A DNA stretch of 64,000 bases from a bacterium (GTDB taxonomy: Bacteria > Patescibacteriota > Microgenomatia > Levybacterales > UBA12049), in contig JAKALS010000003.1 in the NCBI GenBank assembly GCA_021813145.1, positions 6,114 to 70,113 on the forward strand, read 5' to 3'. This document shows, piece by piece, positions 1-13,651 of this stretch (positions are counted from its first letter, which is position 1; each line of letters begins with the position of its first letter). The translations under genes and the position numbers were made by a program. Under the pieces are notes generated by a model. That model did no database searches. It had not been told where the DNA came from and was given only the letters and a program-made list of their open reading frames with translations.

Positions 1-1
1 T

Positions 2-265
2 TTCGGGTTTGCTCTTGGGAGCGGATTCATTACAATAGGCCCACACGATAAAGTACGCGGGAAAAACTTAAATCCGGAAAGAATAATGATTAATTTCGAA
101 AGCGAAAACGTAGAAAAGGAGTTTGAAAGAATAAAAGATTTGGGAGCTAAGGTGATAGCAGAGCCTTATCATCCCGAAAACGACGAAAATTATACCATTG
201 CAACCCTGGAGGACCCGGACGGAAATATTTTCCAATTAAACTCTCCATGGGGTGAAAAAAATTAA
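2..265 (+). CDS. VOC/glyoxalase family protein, 5'-truncated by window edge
   Basis: Manual translation of frame 2: ...IMINFESENVEKEFERIKDLGAKVIAEP...ATLEDPDGNIFQL; the DPDGN motif is typical of the VOC fold. Stop TAA at 263-265. Confidence 0.8.
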   Translation, partial: FGFALGSGFITIGPHDKVRGKNLNPERIMINFESENVEKEFERIKDLGAKVIAEPYHPENDENYTIATLEDPDGNIFQLNSPWGEKN

Positions 266-284
266 TGAGAAAAATTGAGAAGGA

Positions 285-1388
285 TTAGCCCAGGTAATCT
301 TTTAACTTATTTCCTCTCGAAGGATGCCTTAATTTCCTCAAAGCTTTTGCTTCTATTTGCCTTATCCTTTCCCTTGTTACGGCGAACATTTTTCCTACCT
401 CCTCCAGGGTTTTTGGCCTTCCGTCTTTGAGCCCGAATCTTTCCTCAAGTACTCTTTTTTCCCTGTCGGAAAGAGTCGAAAGAACCTGTTCCACCTGCTC
501 TTTTAAAAGCTCCCTTGATGCTGTGTCAAAAAGGGTGGGGGCAGAAGTATCGTGAATAAAATCTCCGAGCCTTGAGTCTTCTTCGTCGCCTACCGGAGAC
601 TCCAAACTGGCGGGCTCCTGGGAAATTTTTATTATCTCAAGGGCTTTGTCGGGATCTATATCTAAAGCTTTTGCAACTTCCTCCGGAGTAGGCTCACGCC
701 CCAGCTCCTGCATCAGTTTTCTCGATGCCCTTAAAAATCTGTTTATATTTTCTACCATGTGAACGGGAATTCTTATTGTCCTTGCCTGGTCGGCTATTGC
801 CCTTGTTATGGACTGCCTTATCCACCATGTGGCATAAGTAGAGAATTTATATCCCCTTCTCCAGTCATATTTTTCGACTGCTCTTATAAGTCCCTGATTG
901 CCTTCCTGAATTAAATCCAAAAGCGTAAGTCCTCTTCCCACATATTTTTTTGCAATTGAAACGACAAGCCTTAAGTTTGAGTTAACAAGAGTTTTCTTTG
1001 CTCTCTCGTCACCTTTTTCGATTTTTTTTGCCAATTCTATTTCTTGGTCAAAATTTAAAAGAGGAATTCTTCCTATTTCCTTAAGATACATTCTTACGGG
1101 ATCCGAAACCGTACCTTCCGTTAAAACGGTAAGAGCCTCCAGTTCTTTCTCAAGGTCTTCTATGGGTTTTTCGTTGTCCTGGTCAACGGCAACGGATTCA
1201 AAGACATCAACATCGGACTTCATGAGCTTGTCGTAAAGTTCGTCAAGTTCACCTATATGCTCCTCGGGATGCGGGAAAATACCAAGAATTTCTTCCTGAG
1301 TTATATAACCCCTTTTTTTTGCCGAGGAAACGATATCCTGTAGAATATTTGGCATTTTTTGCTTCATAGGACCTGTATATTTTACCAC
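285..1388 (-). CDS. rpoD: RNA polymerase primary sigma factor
   Basis: [11 protein letters not shown] (region 1.2), [24 protein letters not shown] and [17 protein letters not shown]. Follows dnaG. Confidence 0.97.
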   Translation of the reverse strand: MVKYTGPMKQKMPNILQDIVSSAKKRGYITQEEILGIFPHPEEHIGELDELYDKLMKSDVDVFESVAVDQDNEKPIEDLEKELEALTVLTEGTVSDPVRMYLKEIGRIPLLNFDQEIELAKKIEKGDERAKKTLVNSNLRLVVSIAKKYVGRGLTLLDLIQEGNQGLIRAVEKYDWRRGYKFSTYATWWIRQSITRAIADQARTIRIPVHMVENINRFLRASRKLMQELGREPTPEEVAKALDIDPDKALEIIKISQEPASLESPVGDEEDSRLGDFIHDTSAPTLFDTASRELLKEQVEQVLSTLSDREKRVLEERFGLKDGRPKTLEEVGKMFAVTRERIRQIEAKALRKLRHPSRGNKLKDYLG

Positions 1389-1409
1389 TTAAGGGGAATA
1401 ATTAAAACC

Positions 1410-3176
1410 CTAAGACTGTTTACTGCGGGGCAAAAGAGCAGTTAATCTTTCGAATTCTTTATTCAGCCTTAAAAGCTCTTCTTCATTTTCGCTATTTTTT
1501 TCAAGGTCTTTTGATATTACTTTAAGTTTTTCCCTAAGATTAATGACAAAAAGTTCGCTCCCGGCTTTTTTTATCTCCTGATAGTACTGTTCTTCGCCAA
1601 ACTCCGAAAGCGGTAACAGACTGCAGGTATCGAATGACACTTCAAGTTCTTTAGGCAATCCTGCCGCAATTTTTTTTGCGCTTATATCTGCCATTTTTGC
1701 AATTTTTGTTATAAATTCAAAGATTTTCTGATAAGACTGGTTTTCGAAAGTGAATTCCGCAAGAGCAACGTTTGCCTCATCGAGAGCCCTGTTTATATCT
1801 TTTGCCTGTATTACCAGGGCCAAAATATACTCTTCAAGCATTTCCCTTCTTTTTCTTTGCGGCGCCGTGGAAGAAACGATTTCCTGGTCTTTTTTTTCCT
1901 TTGGAAATTTTTCGGCTTGCCTTGTCAGGCTGTCAAAAGAAATATCTATTTCTTTGCTCAACTTTTTAAAATAATGTTCTTTTACTATTTCATTCGAAAT
2001 TGAGGAAAAAAGAGGCAATAAATCGTCTGTTATTTTTTTCTTTCCTTCCGCGCTTTTTGTATTATTCTCTTTCGTAAGTTTTTCTATTAAAAAGTCGTAA
2101 ACCCCTATATCTTCTTTTAACGCCTTCTTAAACGAAGCCGGGTCGTTTTTTATCGCCTCGTCCGGATCTTTACCGTCCGGTATAATGACTATTGTAGTAG
2201 CAAGGCCTTTGCCCTCAAGAATAGGAAGGCTCCTTTTTGTAGCTTCAAATCCCGCACTGTCCATATCGAGGCAAAGAGTTACTTTTGGAGTAAATCTTGA
2301 TAAAAGTGCTGCCTGATTTTCGGTTAGAGCGGTTCCTTTTATAGCAATTACATTTTTTATTCCTTCCTTGAAACAGGCTATCGCATCGAATTCGCCTTCG
2401 ACGATAATTGCCTGCTGTAATTTTTTTATCTCCTCTTTTGCGCTATCCATCCCGAAAAAAAGATTCCCTTTATGATAAACGGGTGTTTCCTTTGTATTTA
2501 TATATTTTGAGGTGTCTGAATTGTCGTCAAGAATCCTTCCCGAAAAACCTACAACGTTTCCCCTATGGTCCGTTAACGGGAACATCAATCTTCCCCTGAA
2601 AAAATCGACCGTTCTTCCCGAAAGCTCCAGGGAAAGCCCCGAAGAATACAAATCCTGCTTTTTATAACCTTTCTTTTTTATAAGATAAGAGGATAAGGCG
2701 GAGCCCGACTCGGGAGAATAACCCAAAGAAAAAGTTTCTATAAGTTTCTCAGATATTTTTCTTTTATCCGTGAGGTACGAAAGCGCTTTTTTCCCCAGCG
2801 GATGTTTTAACAAAACATACTGATAAAATTTTAAAGCCTGCCTGTTTAAGCGGTAAATTTTTTCTTTCTCCGAATAAGCTTCGTTATCGAACCTGTAGTT
2901 TTTCAGTTCCACTCCTGCCTTTTTAGCCAGAGTCCTTAATGCCTCCGGAAATTCCATATTCTCGTATTCCATTAAAAACGAAAATGCGTCTCCGCCTTTC
3001 TGGCAGCCGAAACAATGCCATATCTGCCTTTCGGGAGAAACCATAAAAGAAGGCGATTTTTCGTTATGAAAAGGACAATTTGCCCTATAATTTCTGCCCG
3101 CTTTTTTTAGCGGGATATATTCCGATATTAAGGAAACTATATCTAATTTATCCCGGATTTCCGAAGCCTGGTCCAT
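1410..3176 (-). CDS. dnaG: DNA primase
   Basis: CPFHNEKSPSF...CFGC zinc finger, KYINT and Toprim VEGEFD...DMDSAG. Start moved to ATG 3176, with TACAAT 8 nt upstream. Confidence 0.97.
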   Translation of the reverse strand: MDQASEIRDKLDIVSLISEYIPLKKAGRNYRANCPFHNEKSPSFMVSPERQIWHCFGCQKGGDAFSFLMEYENMEFPEALRTLAKKAGVELKNYRFDNEAYSEKEKIYRLNRQALKFYQYVLLKHPLGKKALSYLTDKRKISEKLIETFSLGYSPESGSALSSYLIKKKGYKKQDLYSSGLSLELSGRTVDFFRGRLMFPLTDHRGNVVGFSGRILDDNSDTSKYINTKETPVYHKGNLFFGMDSAKEEIKKLQQAIIVEGEFDAIACFKEGIKNVIAIKGTALTENQAALLSRFTPKVTLCLDMDSAGFEATKRSLPILEGKGLATTIVIIPDGKDPDEAIKNDPASFKKALKEDIGVYDFLIEKLTKENNTKSAEGKKKITDDLLPLFSSISNEIVKEHYFKKLSKEIDISFDSLTRQAEKFPKEKKDQEIVSSTAPQRKRREMLEEYILALVIQAKDINRALDEANVALAEFTFENQSYQKIFEFITKIAKMADISAKKIAAGLPKELEVSFDTCSLLPLSEFGEEQYYQEIKKAGSELFVINLREKLKVISKDLEKNSENEEELLRLNKEFERLTALLPRSKQS

Positions 3177-3294
3177 TTGGCTGTATTGTAGCACAAATTG
3201 TTTCGCTAAAATTTCAGATTTTTAATTTATATTTAAAAGGAAAAATGATAAATGCTCTGTTGCTTTTAGTAACTATAAAGGTTACAATGCCTAA

Positions 3295-5334
<2,040 letters not shown>

Positions 5335-5338
<4 letters not shown>

Positions 5339-6687
5339 ATGACTCTCTAATCTCAATTTCTACACTTGACGGAAGATACGGGGAACAATTAAAAGAACTT
5401 TCGGAATATGTTTCGGAATATTCCCTGATAAAATTACGTGTTTTAATAGAAACAGAATATATTATTGCTTTGTCCGACAAAAAAATAATAAGAGGGCTTT
5501 CAAAAAAAGAAAAAAATTATCTTAGAAATTTATCTTCCGATTTTTCACTAAAAGATGCGATAGAGGTAAAAAAAATCGAACGGGATACGATAAACGATGT
5601 AAAATCTGTGGAAATTTATCTGAGGAAAATATTCCTAAAAACCTCGTTAAAAGATACAGTCGAGTATATACATTTCGGCCTCACATCGGATGACATAAAC
5701 AATATTGCATTCAGGCTTATGGTAAAAATATCTACTTCAAAAGTCATAATACCCATTTTAAAAAAAATTTTAAAGGACTTGGATATTTCGGCAAAAAAAT
5801 ATAAAAAAATTGTAATTTTAGCAAGGACACACGGTCAGCCGGCGGTACCGACTACTTTCGGTAAAGAATTTGCAGTCTTCAGAAACCGGCTCAACAAAGA
5901 GATAATAAATCTTAAAAACCAAAAATTGTCGGGAAAGCTAAACGGAGCCGTAGGAAATTTCAATTCTCTGTATTTTGTTTACCCTACCATAAACTGGACA
6001 ACTTTCTCAAAAGAATTTATTTCGTCTTTCGGATTAACTCCCAATTTGGTTACGACACAAATAAATCCATTCGAGGATGTCATAAGCCTTTTTCAAAATC
6101 TTCAAAGAATAAACGGGGTTCTCCTGGATTTCGACCAAGACATGTGGAGGTATATAAGCGACGCCTGGTTAAAATACAAGGTGGCAGAAAAAGAAATAGG
6201 CTCTTCTACTATGCCGCAAAAACTCAACCCTATAAATTTCGAGAACTCGGAGGGAAATTTAGTTCTTGGCAACGGGTTAATGCAGACAATGATAGATAAG
6301 CTTTATTTATCTAGATTACAAAGAGACCTTTCCAATAGCACTGTAATAAGAAACCTGGGAAGTGTTTTTGGGTACTGCCTGTTGGGATACAAAAATTGCT
6401 TATCGGGTATTACAAAAATCGATATAAACTCCCGGCAAATAGAAATTGATTTAAATAAAGACTGGTCTATTTTAACCGAGGCCCTCCAAACATATCTTAG
6501 AAAAATAGGATTCGAAAATTCATATTATTTTGTCTCAAAATTATCCAAAGGCTCAAAATTAGACCGTGATTCGTGGATAGAAATAATAAAAAATCTTCCA
6601 ATAAATAAAACTCATAAAGATATTCTTTTAACGTTAACCCCCAAAAATTACATAGGCCTCGCAGAAAAGCTAGCGGACATGGATTAA
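5335..6687 (+). CDS. purB: Adenylosuccinate lyase
   Basis: DGRY, HFGLTSDD, ARTHGQPAVPTTFGKE, GSSTMPQKLNPINFENSEGN and SRLQRDLS. Confidence 0.95.
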
Positions 6688-6776
6688 CGTCGCACAATAT
6701 TTTCTGGTATTATTTTTAAAACCAGAAATTCCCTATTGACAGAATTAAAGTTTTTTCAATAAACTGGCAATAAGGG

Positions 6777-7241
6777 ATGGCGCTACCAAAAGAAGCTTTA
6801 GATACTGCTCGCCAACCGGAACTCTCTTCCGGTTCTTTTTCGCCCCGACAAAAAAACCCGGAAGCAGAATTATACCAATCCGAATTTTTAAGAAGAGTTG
6901 CACATCTATACGATAACGATAGCGGTGTTGCCAGAAGAGGAATTCCATTAGTCGACAATAAAGGCCGTGTACGAGGAGGAACAGGCGGAAATGCCAGAAC
7001 GGCAACCTCCGAAGAAATCCGTTACTTTTTGGAAAACGGCGAACATCATCCTCTTGACGAACAGGAGTTATTGTCGGTCAGACAACTGGAAAGACAAGAA
7101 CGAGGATTTTCGGTACCGGAACGAAGAGTTATAACAGACTTCAGAAGCGGAAAAAGAGAAACGGCAAGCAGAAGAAGAATGCTAAATCACCATAGAGAGC
7201 GCGGAGGAAGAAGTCCCCAAAATCAGGGCGGAAGAAGATAA
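6777..7241 (+). CDS. Hypothetical Arg/Glu-rich protein
   Basis: 154-aa ORF filling the intergenic gap, preceded by a TTGACA-18-TAAACT promoter-like sequence. No motif recognised. Confidence 0.6.
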   Translation: MALPKEALDTARQPELSSGSFSPRQKNPEAELYQSEFLRRVAHLYDNDSGVARRGIPLVDNKGRVRGGTGGNARTATSEEIRYFLENGEHHPLDEQELLSVRQLERQERGFSVPERRVITDFRSGKRETASRRRMLNHHRERGGRSPQNQGGRR

Positions 7242-7282
7242 ATTCTTACAAGAATTTAATAATCTGCTGTTATAATGAGTTA

Positions 7283-7942
7283 ATGGAAAATATTTATTGG
7301 TTTGGGCACTCAAGTTTTTCTTTTATCGACAAGAGCGGAAACAGAATATATTATGTTGACCCGTTTGATCTGAGGCCGCAAACTCTTGAAAAAGCAGACA
7401 TTGTTTTTATTACCCATGCCCATCCCGACCATTTTTCCCCTTCGGACATAGAAAAAATTATAAAGGATGACACCGTTATTGTTGCACCTGCGGATATCCT
7501 TGAGAAAATAGATATTCCAAACGAGAGAAAAATCACGGTATTACCTAATAAGAATTACGAAGTTAAAGAGTTTAAATTCAAAACCATCCCCGCATACAAC
7601 AATCATCCCGATAAGTTGCAATTTCATCCTAGAGAAAATAACTGGGTCGGATATATTTTTGAGTTAAACGGAAAAAAGATTTACCATGCGGGAGACACGG
7701 ACTTTATTCCCGAAATGAAAGATCTTGCGGATTTAAAGCTTTTTGTAGCAATGCTTCCGATCGGAGGCCACTATACAATGGACGAAAAAGAAGCCGCGGC
7801 CGCTGCAAACGCCATAAAAGCAGAATTTACAATTCCCATGCACTACAGAAGAAATGTCGGAGACAGATATCCGGAGGTGGAAGAAAACTTCAAGAAACTT
7901 GTCACCGAATCTAGGGTTGCAATACTCGAGGAGTTAAAGTAA
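7283..7942 (+). CDS. MBL-fold metallo-hydrolase
   Basis: WFGHSSF, THAHPDH (HxHxDH), YHAGDT and IPMHY motifs. Confidence 0.92.
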   Translation: MENIYWFGHSSFSFIDKSGNRIYYVDPFDLRPQTLEKADIVFITHAHPDHFSPSDIEKIIKDDTVIVAPADILEKIDIPNERKITVLPNKNYEVKEFKFKTIPAYNNHPDKLQFHPRENNWVGYIFELNGKKIYHAGDTDFIPEMKDLADLKLFVAMLPIGGHYTMDEKEAAAAANAIKAEFTIPMHYRRNVGDRYPEVEENFKKLVTESRVAILEELK

Positions 7943-8980
7943 TTTTTGCTGATTATTCTCTTTTGGCAAAGCCATTCCGAAATGTTTATAAGCCAAAGGG
8001 GTTGCCACTCTTCCTCTTGTTGTCTTTTTAATAAATCCTATTTGCAAAAGATAAGGCTCTATTACTTCTTCTATCGTTCCTATGTCTTCGCTTATCGTAG
8101 AAGCAATCGTTTCTATCCCGACCGGACCCCCGTTATGTTTTTCTATAATCGATTTTAAATATCTGACATCCGAAGAGTCCAGCCCTACCGAATCGACCTC
8201 AAGCATATCCAGGGCGTCTTTTATAAGGTCTTTCGTCAGTTTTCCTTCTCCTTTTACCTGTGCATAATCCCTGGCCCTTTTTAACAATTTAAGGGCAATT
8301 CTCGGAGTACCCCTTGCTCTTCTTGAAATTTCTACAATTGATTCTTTATCTACAGGGACTTTCAATTTTGCGGCAGCTTTTTCTATTATTTCTTCAAGTT
8401 CTCTTGGCTCATAAAAAGAAAGTCTATGCACTACTCCGAACCTGTCGCGAAGAGGAGCCGATAAAAGTCCTATTCTTGTTGTTGCGCCTATTATCGTAAA
8501 TTGCGGCAAGTCCATTCTCAGGGTTCTTGCGCTAGGCCCCTTGCCCAAAATTATGTCCAGGGCATAATCCTCCATTGCCGGGTAAAGGGTTTCCTCCACC
8601 ACCTTATTCAGCCTATGGATTTCGTCTATAAAAAGAATGTCTCCTTTTTCAAGATTTGTAAGAATAGAAGCTAAGTCCCCTGCCCTTTCTATTGCCGGGC
8701 CGGAAGTTATTCTTATATTAACCCCCATTTCTTTTGCTATTAAATGGGAAAGCGTTGTCTTACCAAGGCCGGGAGGACCATAAAGAAGGATATGCTCTAT
8801 TGACTCGTTTCTTTTTTTTGCGGCCGAAATCGCAATCCTCAAAGACTCTTTTACTTTTTCCTGTCCATAAAACTCTTTCCAATCATTTGCCCGAAGAGAA
8901 GTAAATAAAACTTCCTCTTCCGGACTCTCGTTCTCTATTTTTGATTTTTGATTTTTGATTTTTGATTTTCCTTCTGCCAT
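7934..8980 (-). CDS. ruvB: Holliday junction branch migration ATPase RuvB
   Basis: [24 protein letters not shown] and RGTPRIA. Confidence 0.97.
   Translation of the reverse strand: MAEGKSKIKNQKSKIENESPEEEVLFTSLRANDWKEFYGQEKVKESLRIAISAAKKRNESIEHILLYGPPGLGKTTLSHLIAKEMGVNIRITSGPAIERAGDLASILTNLEKGDILFIDEIHRLNKVVEETLYPAMEDYALDIILGKGPSARTLRMDLPQFTIIGATTRIGLLSAPLRDRFGVVHRLSFYEPRELEEIIEKAAAKLKVPVDKESIVEISRRARGTPRIALKLLKRARDYAQVKGEGKLTKDLIKDALDMLEVDSVGLDSSDVRYLKSIIEKHNGGPVGIETIASTISEDIGTIEEVIEPYLLQIGFIKKTTRGRVATPLAYKHFGMALPKENNQQKLL
8937..8970. repeat. Heptanucleotide tandem repeat (ATTTTTG)x4 inside the ruvB 5' end
   Basis: Four perfect copies at 8937-8964 plus a partial copy. Encodes [11 protein letters not shown]. 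Confidence 0.9.
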
Positions 8981-8989
8981 ATCTTGAAA

Positions 8990-9565
8990 CTACCGGGATA
9001 AGTTTTTTAACGCCAGCCTTATCTTATCTTCTGTTTTCAGCCCCTGTGTTTTTATTTCCCTTAGCGCTTTTTGGGCTTCGGGAGTCGAAAAACCGAAATT
9101 TTTAAGAGCCGCAATAACTTCATTGTTCTCAAGCTGCTCTTTACCAGACAAATCTATATCTGCTGTCCCGCCCATTTTATTTTTTAGCTCAATTATGATT
9201 CTTTGTGCATTTTTTGTTCCGAGCCTTGGGACGGAAGTGAAAAAAGATACATCTCCTCCGACAAGGGCATCCGTTATCTGCTCCCTTGTTCCGACGGAAA
9301 ATATATTGAGCGCTGTCCTCGGCCCGATTCCCGAAACCGAAATAAGTTTTTCAAAAAGCTTAAGATCTAAGGCCTCTTCAAATCCAAACAACTCCAAAGC
9401 ATCTTCCCGCACATATGTATATGTAAAAAGCTTTATTTTTTCTTTTGGGGAGAGCTTGGCAAAAAGGCTGTCATAGAGAAGAACTCTATATCCCACACCG
9501 TTAACGTCTATAATCGCGTAAGGTCTGTCGAGGATTTCTATTGTTCCGTTAAGAGAGCCTATCAT
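8990..9565 (-). CDS. ruvA: Holliday junction branch migration protein RuvA
   Basis: DVNGVGY, VREDALELFGF, VSGIGPRTA HhH motif; lies between ruvC and ruvB. Confidence 0.96.
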   Translation of the reverse strand: MIGSLNGTIEILDRPYAIIDVNGVGYRVLLYDSLFAKLSPKEKIKLFTYTYVREDALELFGFEEALDLKLFEKLISVSGIGPRTALNIFSVGTREQITDALVGGDVSFFTSVPRLGTKNAQRIIIELKNKMGGTADIDLSGKEQLENNEVIAALKNFGFSTPEAQKALREIKTQGLKTEDKIRLALKNLSR

Positions 9566-9654
9566 AAAGCTAGTTCTTGGTTCCTAGTTACTTGGTGCCC
9601 AGGTGCTAATATGAGGATTATAGCACACTCAAAATTTCCGATTTTAATTTCTAA

Positions 9655-10137
9655 TTAAGAACGCTCACTCCTTACAGAGAAGGCGTGACAGACTGCAATG
9701 GCCAGAGCATCGGCGGTGTCATCGGGCCTTGGAACGGAATCGAGCTTTAAAATTGTTTTTACCATTTTTCCCACCTGGTCTTTTTCCGCTCTTCCGTAAC
9801 CGGTTACCGCAATTTTTACCTGGAGCGGTGTGTAAATAGAAACTTTAAGTTTTTTTTCCGCTGCGGTTAACAAAACAACCCCCCGTGCCTGACCTACGGT
9901 AAATGCGGTTTTTGCATTTGTGTTAAAAAAAAGTTCTTCTATTGCCATGGATTCCGGCTTATTTTTTTCAATTATTTTTAAGAGCTCCCGATGTATTAAA
10001 GAAAGTCTTTCCTCTACTTTTAATTCCGTCGAAGTTTCTATACACCCGTAATTTCGGGTTTTGAGGTTTGAATTTTGAGTTTCAATTACCCCCCATCCGC
10101 ATCTTCCTATTCCCGGATCTATCCCAAGTATCGTCAT
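9655..10137 (-). CDS. ruvC: Crossover junction endodeoxyribonuclease RuvC
   Basis: ILGIDPG, AIEELFF, VTGYGRAEKDQV and DDTADALAIA. Start set at ATG 10137. Confidence 0.96.
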   Translation of the reverse strand: MTILGIDPGIGRCGWGVIETQNSNLKTRNYGCIETSTELKVEERLSLIHRELLKIIEKNKPESMAIEELFFNTNAKTAFTVGQARGVVLLTAAEKKLKVSIYTPLQVKIAVTGYGRAEKDQVGKMVKTILKLDSVPRPDDTADALAIAVCHAFSVRSERS

Positions 10138-10256
10138 AGCGAATAGATAATAACACAAATAAAATCCCAATTCCTAAATCCCAAACACACTAAAAATTAG
10201 AAATCAGAAATTGGAATACTTGTATTCATAATTCTTTTCCTGTAAAATATCAATTT

Positions 10257-10970
10257 ATGAAGCGGGAAAAACTTAAGGTTGAAAAACGAAAAGTTTTGGG
10301 CAAACAGGTTAAAAAATTGAGGCAGGAAGGGATTCTTCCCGCAAATGTTTACGGCGGAGATATAAAATCCACTGCCGTACAGCTTCCCCTTAAAGAATTC
10401 AGCTCTGTTTATAAAGAAGTTGGAGAAACAGGGCTTATTGACCTGGATTTGGAAGGAAAACTTATCCCCGTTCTTATCCACAACGTTAACGAAGACTACA
10501 GAAAAGGAATTTTACACGCCGATTTCTTCCAGGTAAACCTTAAAGAAAAAGTAAGAACGGCGGTACCTCTGGAGGTTGTCGGAGAGCCCAAAGCCGAAAC
10601 CGATAAAGTAGGTCTATTGATGAATATTATTTCCGAAGTGGAAGTCGAAGCTCTTCCCGAAGATCTTCCCGAACACATAGAGGTCAACGTAGAACCTCTT
10701 GCGGCAGTTGATGAACAAATAACGGTAGCGGACCTTAAAGTTCCTCAGGGAGTAACAGTTTTAACAGACGGCGAGCAGGTCGTCGCAAAAATCGGGGAAC
10801 TTGTAAGCAAAGAAGCTCAAGAACAGGCTGCGGAAGAAGCTGCAGCTGCCGAAGCGGCATCCGCCGAAGCGGGAGCCGAAGCCCCGGCCGAAGGAGAAGT
10901 GCCTCAAGAGGAGGCGCAGCAGCCTGCCGAAGCGGGAGCCGAAGCACCAAAAGAAGAAAACCAGGGTTAA
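10257..10970 (+). CDS. rplY: 50S ribosomal protein L25/CTC with Ala/Glu-rich tail
   Basis: KLRQEGILPANVYG, ILHADF and a C-terminal TL5 domain (LPEHIEVNV). Confidence 0.93.
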   Translation: MKREKLKVEKRKVLGKQVKKLRQEGILPANVYGGDIKSTAVQLPLKEFSSVYKEVGETGLIDLDLEGKLIPVLIHNVNEDYRKGILHADFFQVNLKEKVRTAVPLEVVGEPKAETDKVGLLMNIISEVEVEALPEDLPEHIEVNVEPLAAVDEQITVADLKVPQGVTVLTDGEQVVAKIGELVSKEAQEQAAEEAAAAEAASAEAGAEAPAEGEVPQEEAQQPAEAGAEAPKEENQG

Positions 10971-11438
10971 TTATTCCCCCTCAAGCTGTTTTTTTAACGC
11001 CAATGCCTCCCCGTAGTTTGGATCTATATATAACGCCTTCTGAAGATAATTCACGCTTGAGCGAAGATCTCCCAGCTCAAATTCTCTGACTGCAATTTGA
11101 AAATAAACCTCTTTATAGTTTGGGTATTTTTGAGCAAAGGATTTCCATATATTTGCTTCCGAAACTATTTTTTGCCTTTTAGCCTCAATTGTTTGTTCTT
11201 TTAAGTAGTTTTTATAAAGATTTACAGAAGCCAGCATAATAAATGCTAAAAGGGTTAAAAAAACAAAAAAAATGGACATCTTTTTCAAGGGCTCTGCCAG
11301 GCCTGTAAAAAAGGGCTTTTCGGGAATAAATCGGGAATTCCTCGGGAATTTCCCTTTTACTTCCTGTTTTTTAACCGCAGGCTTTATGGAACTGTTTTTC
11401 TTTTGGTTTTTTAAGGGTTTTGTTCCTTTAAACTTCAT
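10971..11438 (-). CDS. Single-pass membrane protein with TPR-like C-terminus
   Basis: Basic N-terminus, one hydrophobic helix, and a TPR-like KYPNYKEVYFQIA...YLQKALYIDPN segment. Confidence 0.7.
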   Translation of the reverse strand: MKFKGTKPLKNQKKNSSIKPAVKKQEVKGKFPRNSRFIPEKPFFTGLAEPLKKMSIFFVFLTLLAFIMLASVNLYKNYLKEQTIEAKRQKIVSEANIWKSFAQKYPNYKEVYFQIAVREFELGDLRSSVNYLQKALYIDPNYGEALALKKQLEGE

Positions 11439-11442
11439 ACTT

Positions 11443-13620
11443 TTACTCCAAAGAAGGCCATTTGCTTATTATTAAATCCTCTTCCCCGCCGTAGAGCAAG
11501 TCATATATCTCCTCCGTTACAAAAGGCATAAAGGGATGCAGCAGTTTTAATAGAATTAAAAATGAAGATGTTAATACATCAAATGTATGTCGGGAGGCGT
11601 CATCATTGTTGTTTAAAGATTTTTTTGACTCTTCAATGTATATATCGGCAAATTCGTGCCATGCAAAATCATATAGATTTTGTGCGGAATGATTAAAATC
11701 ATAATTATTCAAAAGCCTAGTAATTTCCGCCGTTATCTTCTCTGTTTTTTCGATCATTGATCTATCGCTTTGCCACATATCTTTCTCCCCGTGTTTCTTT
11801 GATAAAACACGCAATTCTTGTATTGACAGTTCTGCAACCTTTAATTCCTTTTCATTTTTTTGAAACTCGATAAAGCGTGCCATATTCCATAATTTATTCG
11901 TAAATTTTCGCATCGCTTCAAGTTTGGGATAAGACAAGGACTGGTCATTGCCAAGGGCTGTTCCGTAAACAAGGGCAAATCTTACGGCATCCGCCCCGTA
12001 CTGGTCAACGAGCTCAAGGGGATTTATTACATTTCCCTTGCTCTTGCTCATTTTTTTACCCAAGGGGTCATTTACCAGTCCATGTAAGACTACATCTTTA
12101 AAGGGAATTTGCTTTTTTATATCCTTAACCCCCTCTTTTTCCTGAATATAAATCCCAAGCATTACCATTCTTGCCACCCACCACCTTAATATGTCATATC
12201 CCGTCTCCATAACGCTCGTCGGGTAATATTCGAGACCCCCCGTTGTTTTAAGCGTTGCGTAGGGCCACTGTCCGGAAGAAAACCACGTGTCAAAAGTATC
12301 GCTATCCTGAACCATTTTTCCCGAACATTTCCCGCATTTTTCCCGAGGTTCCCCTTCCGTTACCTCCCATTCCCCACAATTCTCACACTTATAAGCAGGA
12401 ATTCTTATCCCCCAAATAATCTGCCTTGAAATGTTCCAGTCCCTTATTCCTTCCAAAAATTGGAGATAAAGCTTATTAAAATTTTCGGGGTAAATTCTAA
12501 TATCCTTATTTTTAACTGTTTCCATTGCTTTTCTTGCCAAAGGCTCCATTTTTACGAACCACTGCTCCATCGGAAGCGGCTCTATCGGGTTTTTGCATTT
12601 ATAACAGACTCCGATTCTGTGTACGTAATTTTCATCGATATGGTCTATCAGACCTTTTTTCTGCATTTCGTCAACTACCGCTTTTCTCGCCTGCCTTACG
12701 TACAAGCCCTCAAATTTGCCCGCTTTTTCATTCATTTTGCCGTCAAAATTTATTACCTGTACCATAGGAAGATTATGCCTTTGTCCTGCCTCGAAATCGT
12801 TAAAATCGTGAGCAGGGGTTATTTTTACAACGCCTGTTCCGAATTCCGGGTCTACCATCTTATCCGCTATAACTTTAATTTTTGCTTTTCCCAAAACCGT
12901 TTCTATTTCAATTTCTTTTCCTATATATTTTTTATACCTTTTGTCGTCGGGATTAACCGCAATAGCAGTATCGCCAAACTTCGTTTCGGGCCTTGTCGTT
13001 GCCAAAACAAGCGGCCCGTATTTAATGTAATAAAGAGGATTTTTTCTTTCTTCGTAAAGAACCTCAAGGTCGGAAAAGCCGGTTCCGTCAAAAGTACAAT
13101 AATTTACAAGTCTTTTTTGCCTGTAGACGAGGCCGTCGTCATATAACCATTTAAAAGTTTTATAGACAATTTTTATTATATCCTCGTCGAGGGTAAATTT
13201 TTTCTTTTCCCAGTCAAGAGAAAACCCCAGTCTTCTTAGCTGATCTTCCATTCCCTTCCGGTTATTTTGAACGTAATCCATTATCATTTCGTAGAGCTCT
13301 TCCCTTTCATAGTCAAAACGCGATTTGCCTTTTTCCTGAAGTTTTTTCTCATAAACGAATTGGGTTTCAAACCCGGCATGATCTGCTCCGGGAAGCCAAA
13401 GAGTTTTTTTGCCCAACATTCTGTTAAACCTTGTGAGTATATCTTCTATAACATACATCGCGTGGCCGAAGTGAAGCGGAGCATTTGCGTTTGGAGGAGG
13501 TAAAATTATCGAGAATTTTTCCCTGTTCCCGAACCTTTCCCTGGGGTTAAAATATCCTTTTTCTTCCCAATTTTTATAAATTCTTTCCTCGACGCTTTTA
13601 TTATTATAGACTTTATCCAT
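11443..13620 (-). CDS. valS: Valine--tRNA ligase (short form)
   Basis: PPPN..HFGH, WLPGADHAG, ATTRPET, DTFDTWFSS and KMSKS. Confidence 0.96.
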   Translation of the reverse strand: MDKVYNNKSVEERIYKNWEEKGYFNPRERFGNREKFSIILPPPNANAPLHFGHAMYVIEDILTRFNRMLGKKTLWLPGADHAGFETQFVYEKKLQEKGKSRFDYEREELYEMIMDYVQNNRKGMEDQLRRLGFSLDWEKKKFTLDEDIIKIVYKTFKWLYDDGLVYRQKRLVNYCTFDGTGFSDLEVLYEERKNPLYYIKYGPLVLATTRPETKFGDTAIAVNPDDKRYKKYIGKEIEIETVLGKAKIKVIADKMVDPEFGTGVVKITPAHDFNDFEAGQRHNLPMVQVINFDGKMNEKAGKFEGLYVRQARKAVVDEMQKKGLIDHIDENYVHRIGVCYKCKNPIEPLPMEQWFVKMEPLARKAMETVKNKDIRIYPENFNKLYLQFLEGIRDWNISRQIIWGIRIPAYKCENCGEWEVTEGEPREKCGKCSGKMVQDSDTFDTWFSSGQWPYATLKTTGGLEYYPTSVMETGYDILRWWVARMVMLGIYIQEKEGVKDIKKQIPFKDVVLHGLVNDPLGKKMSKSKGNVINPLELVDQYGADAVRFALVYGTALGNDQSLSYPKLEAMRKFTNKLWNMARFIEFQKNEKELKVAELSIQELRVLSKKHGEKDMWQSDRSMIEKTEKITAEITRLLNNYDFNHSAQNLYDFAWHEFADIYIEESKKSLNNNDDASRHTFDVLTSSFLILLKLLHPFMPFVTEEIYDLLYGGEEDLIISKWPSLE

Positions 13621-13651
13621 CAGCTTATTCTAACATAGCCTCAAAAAGGGT

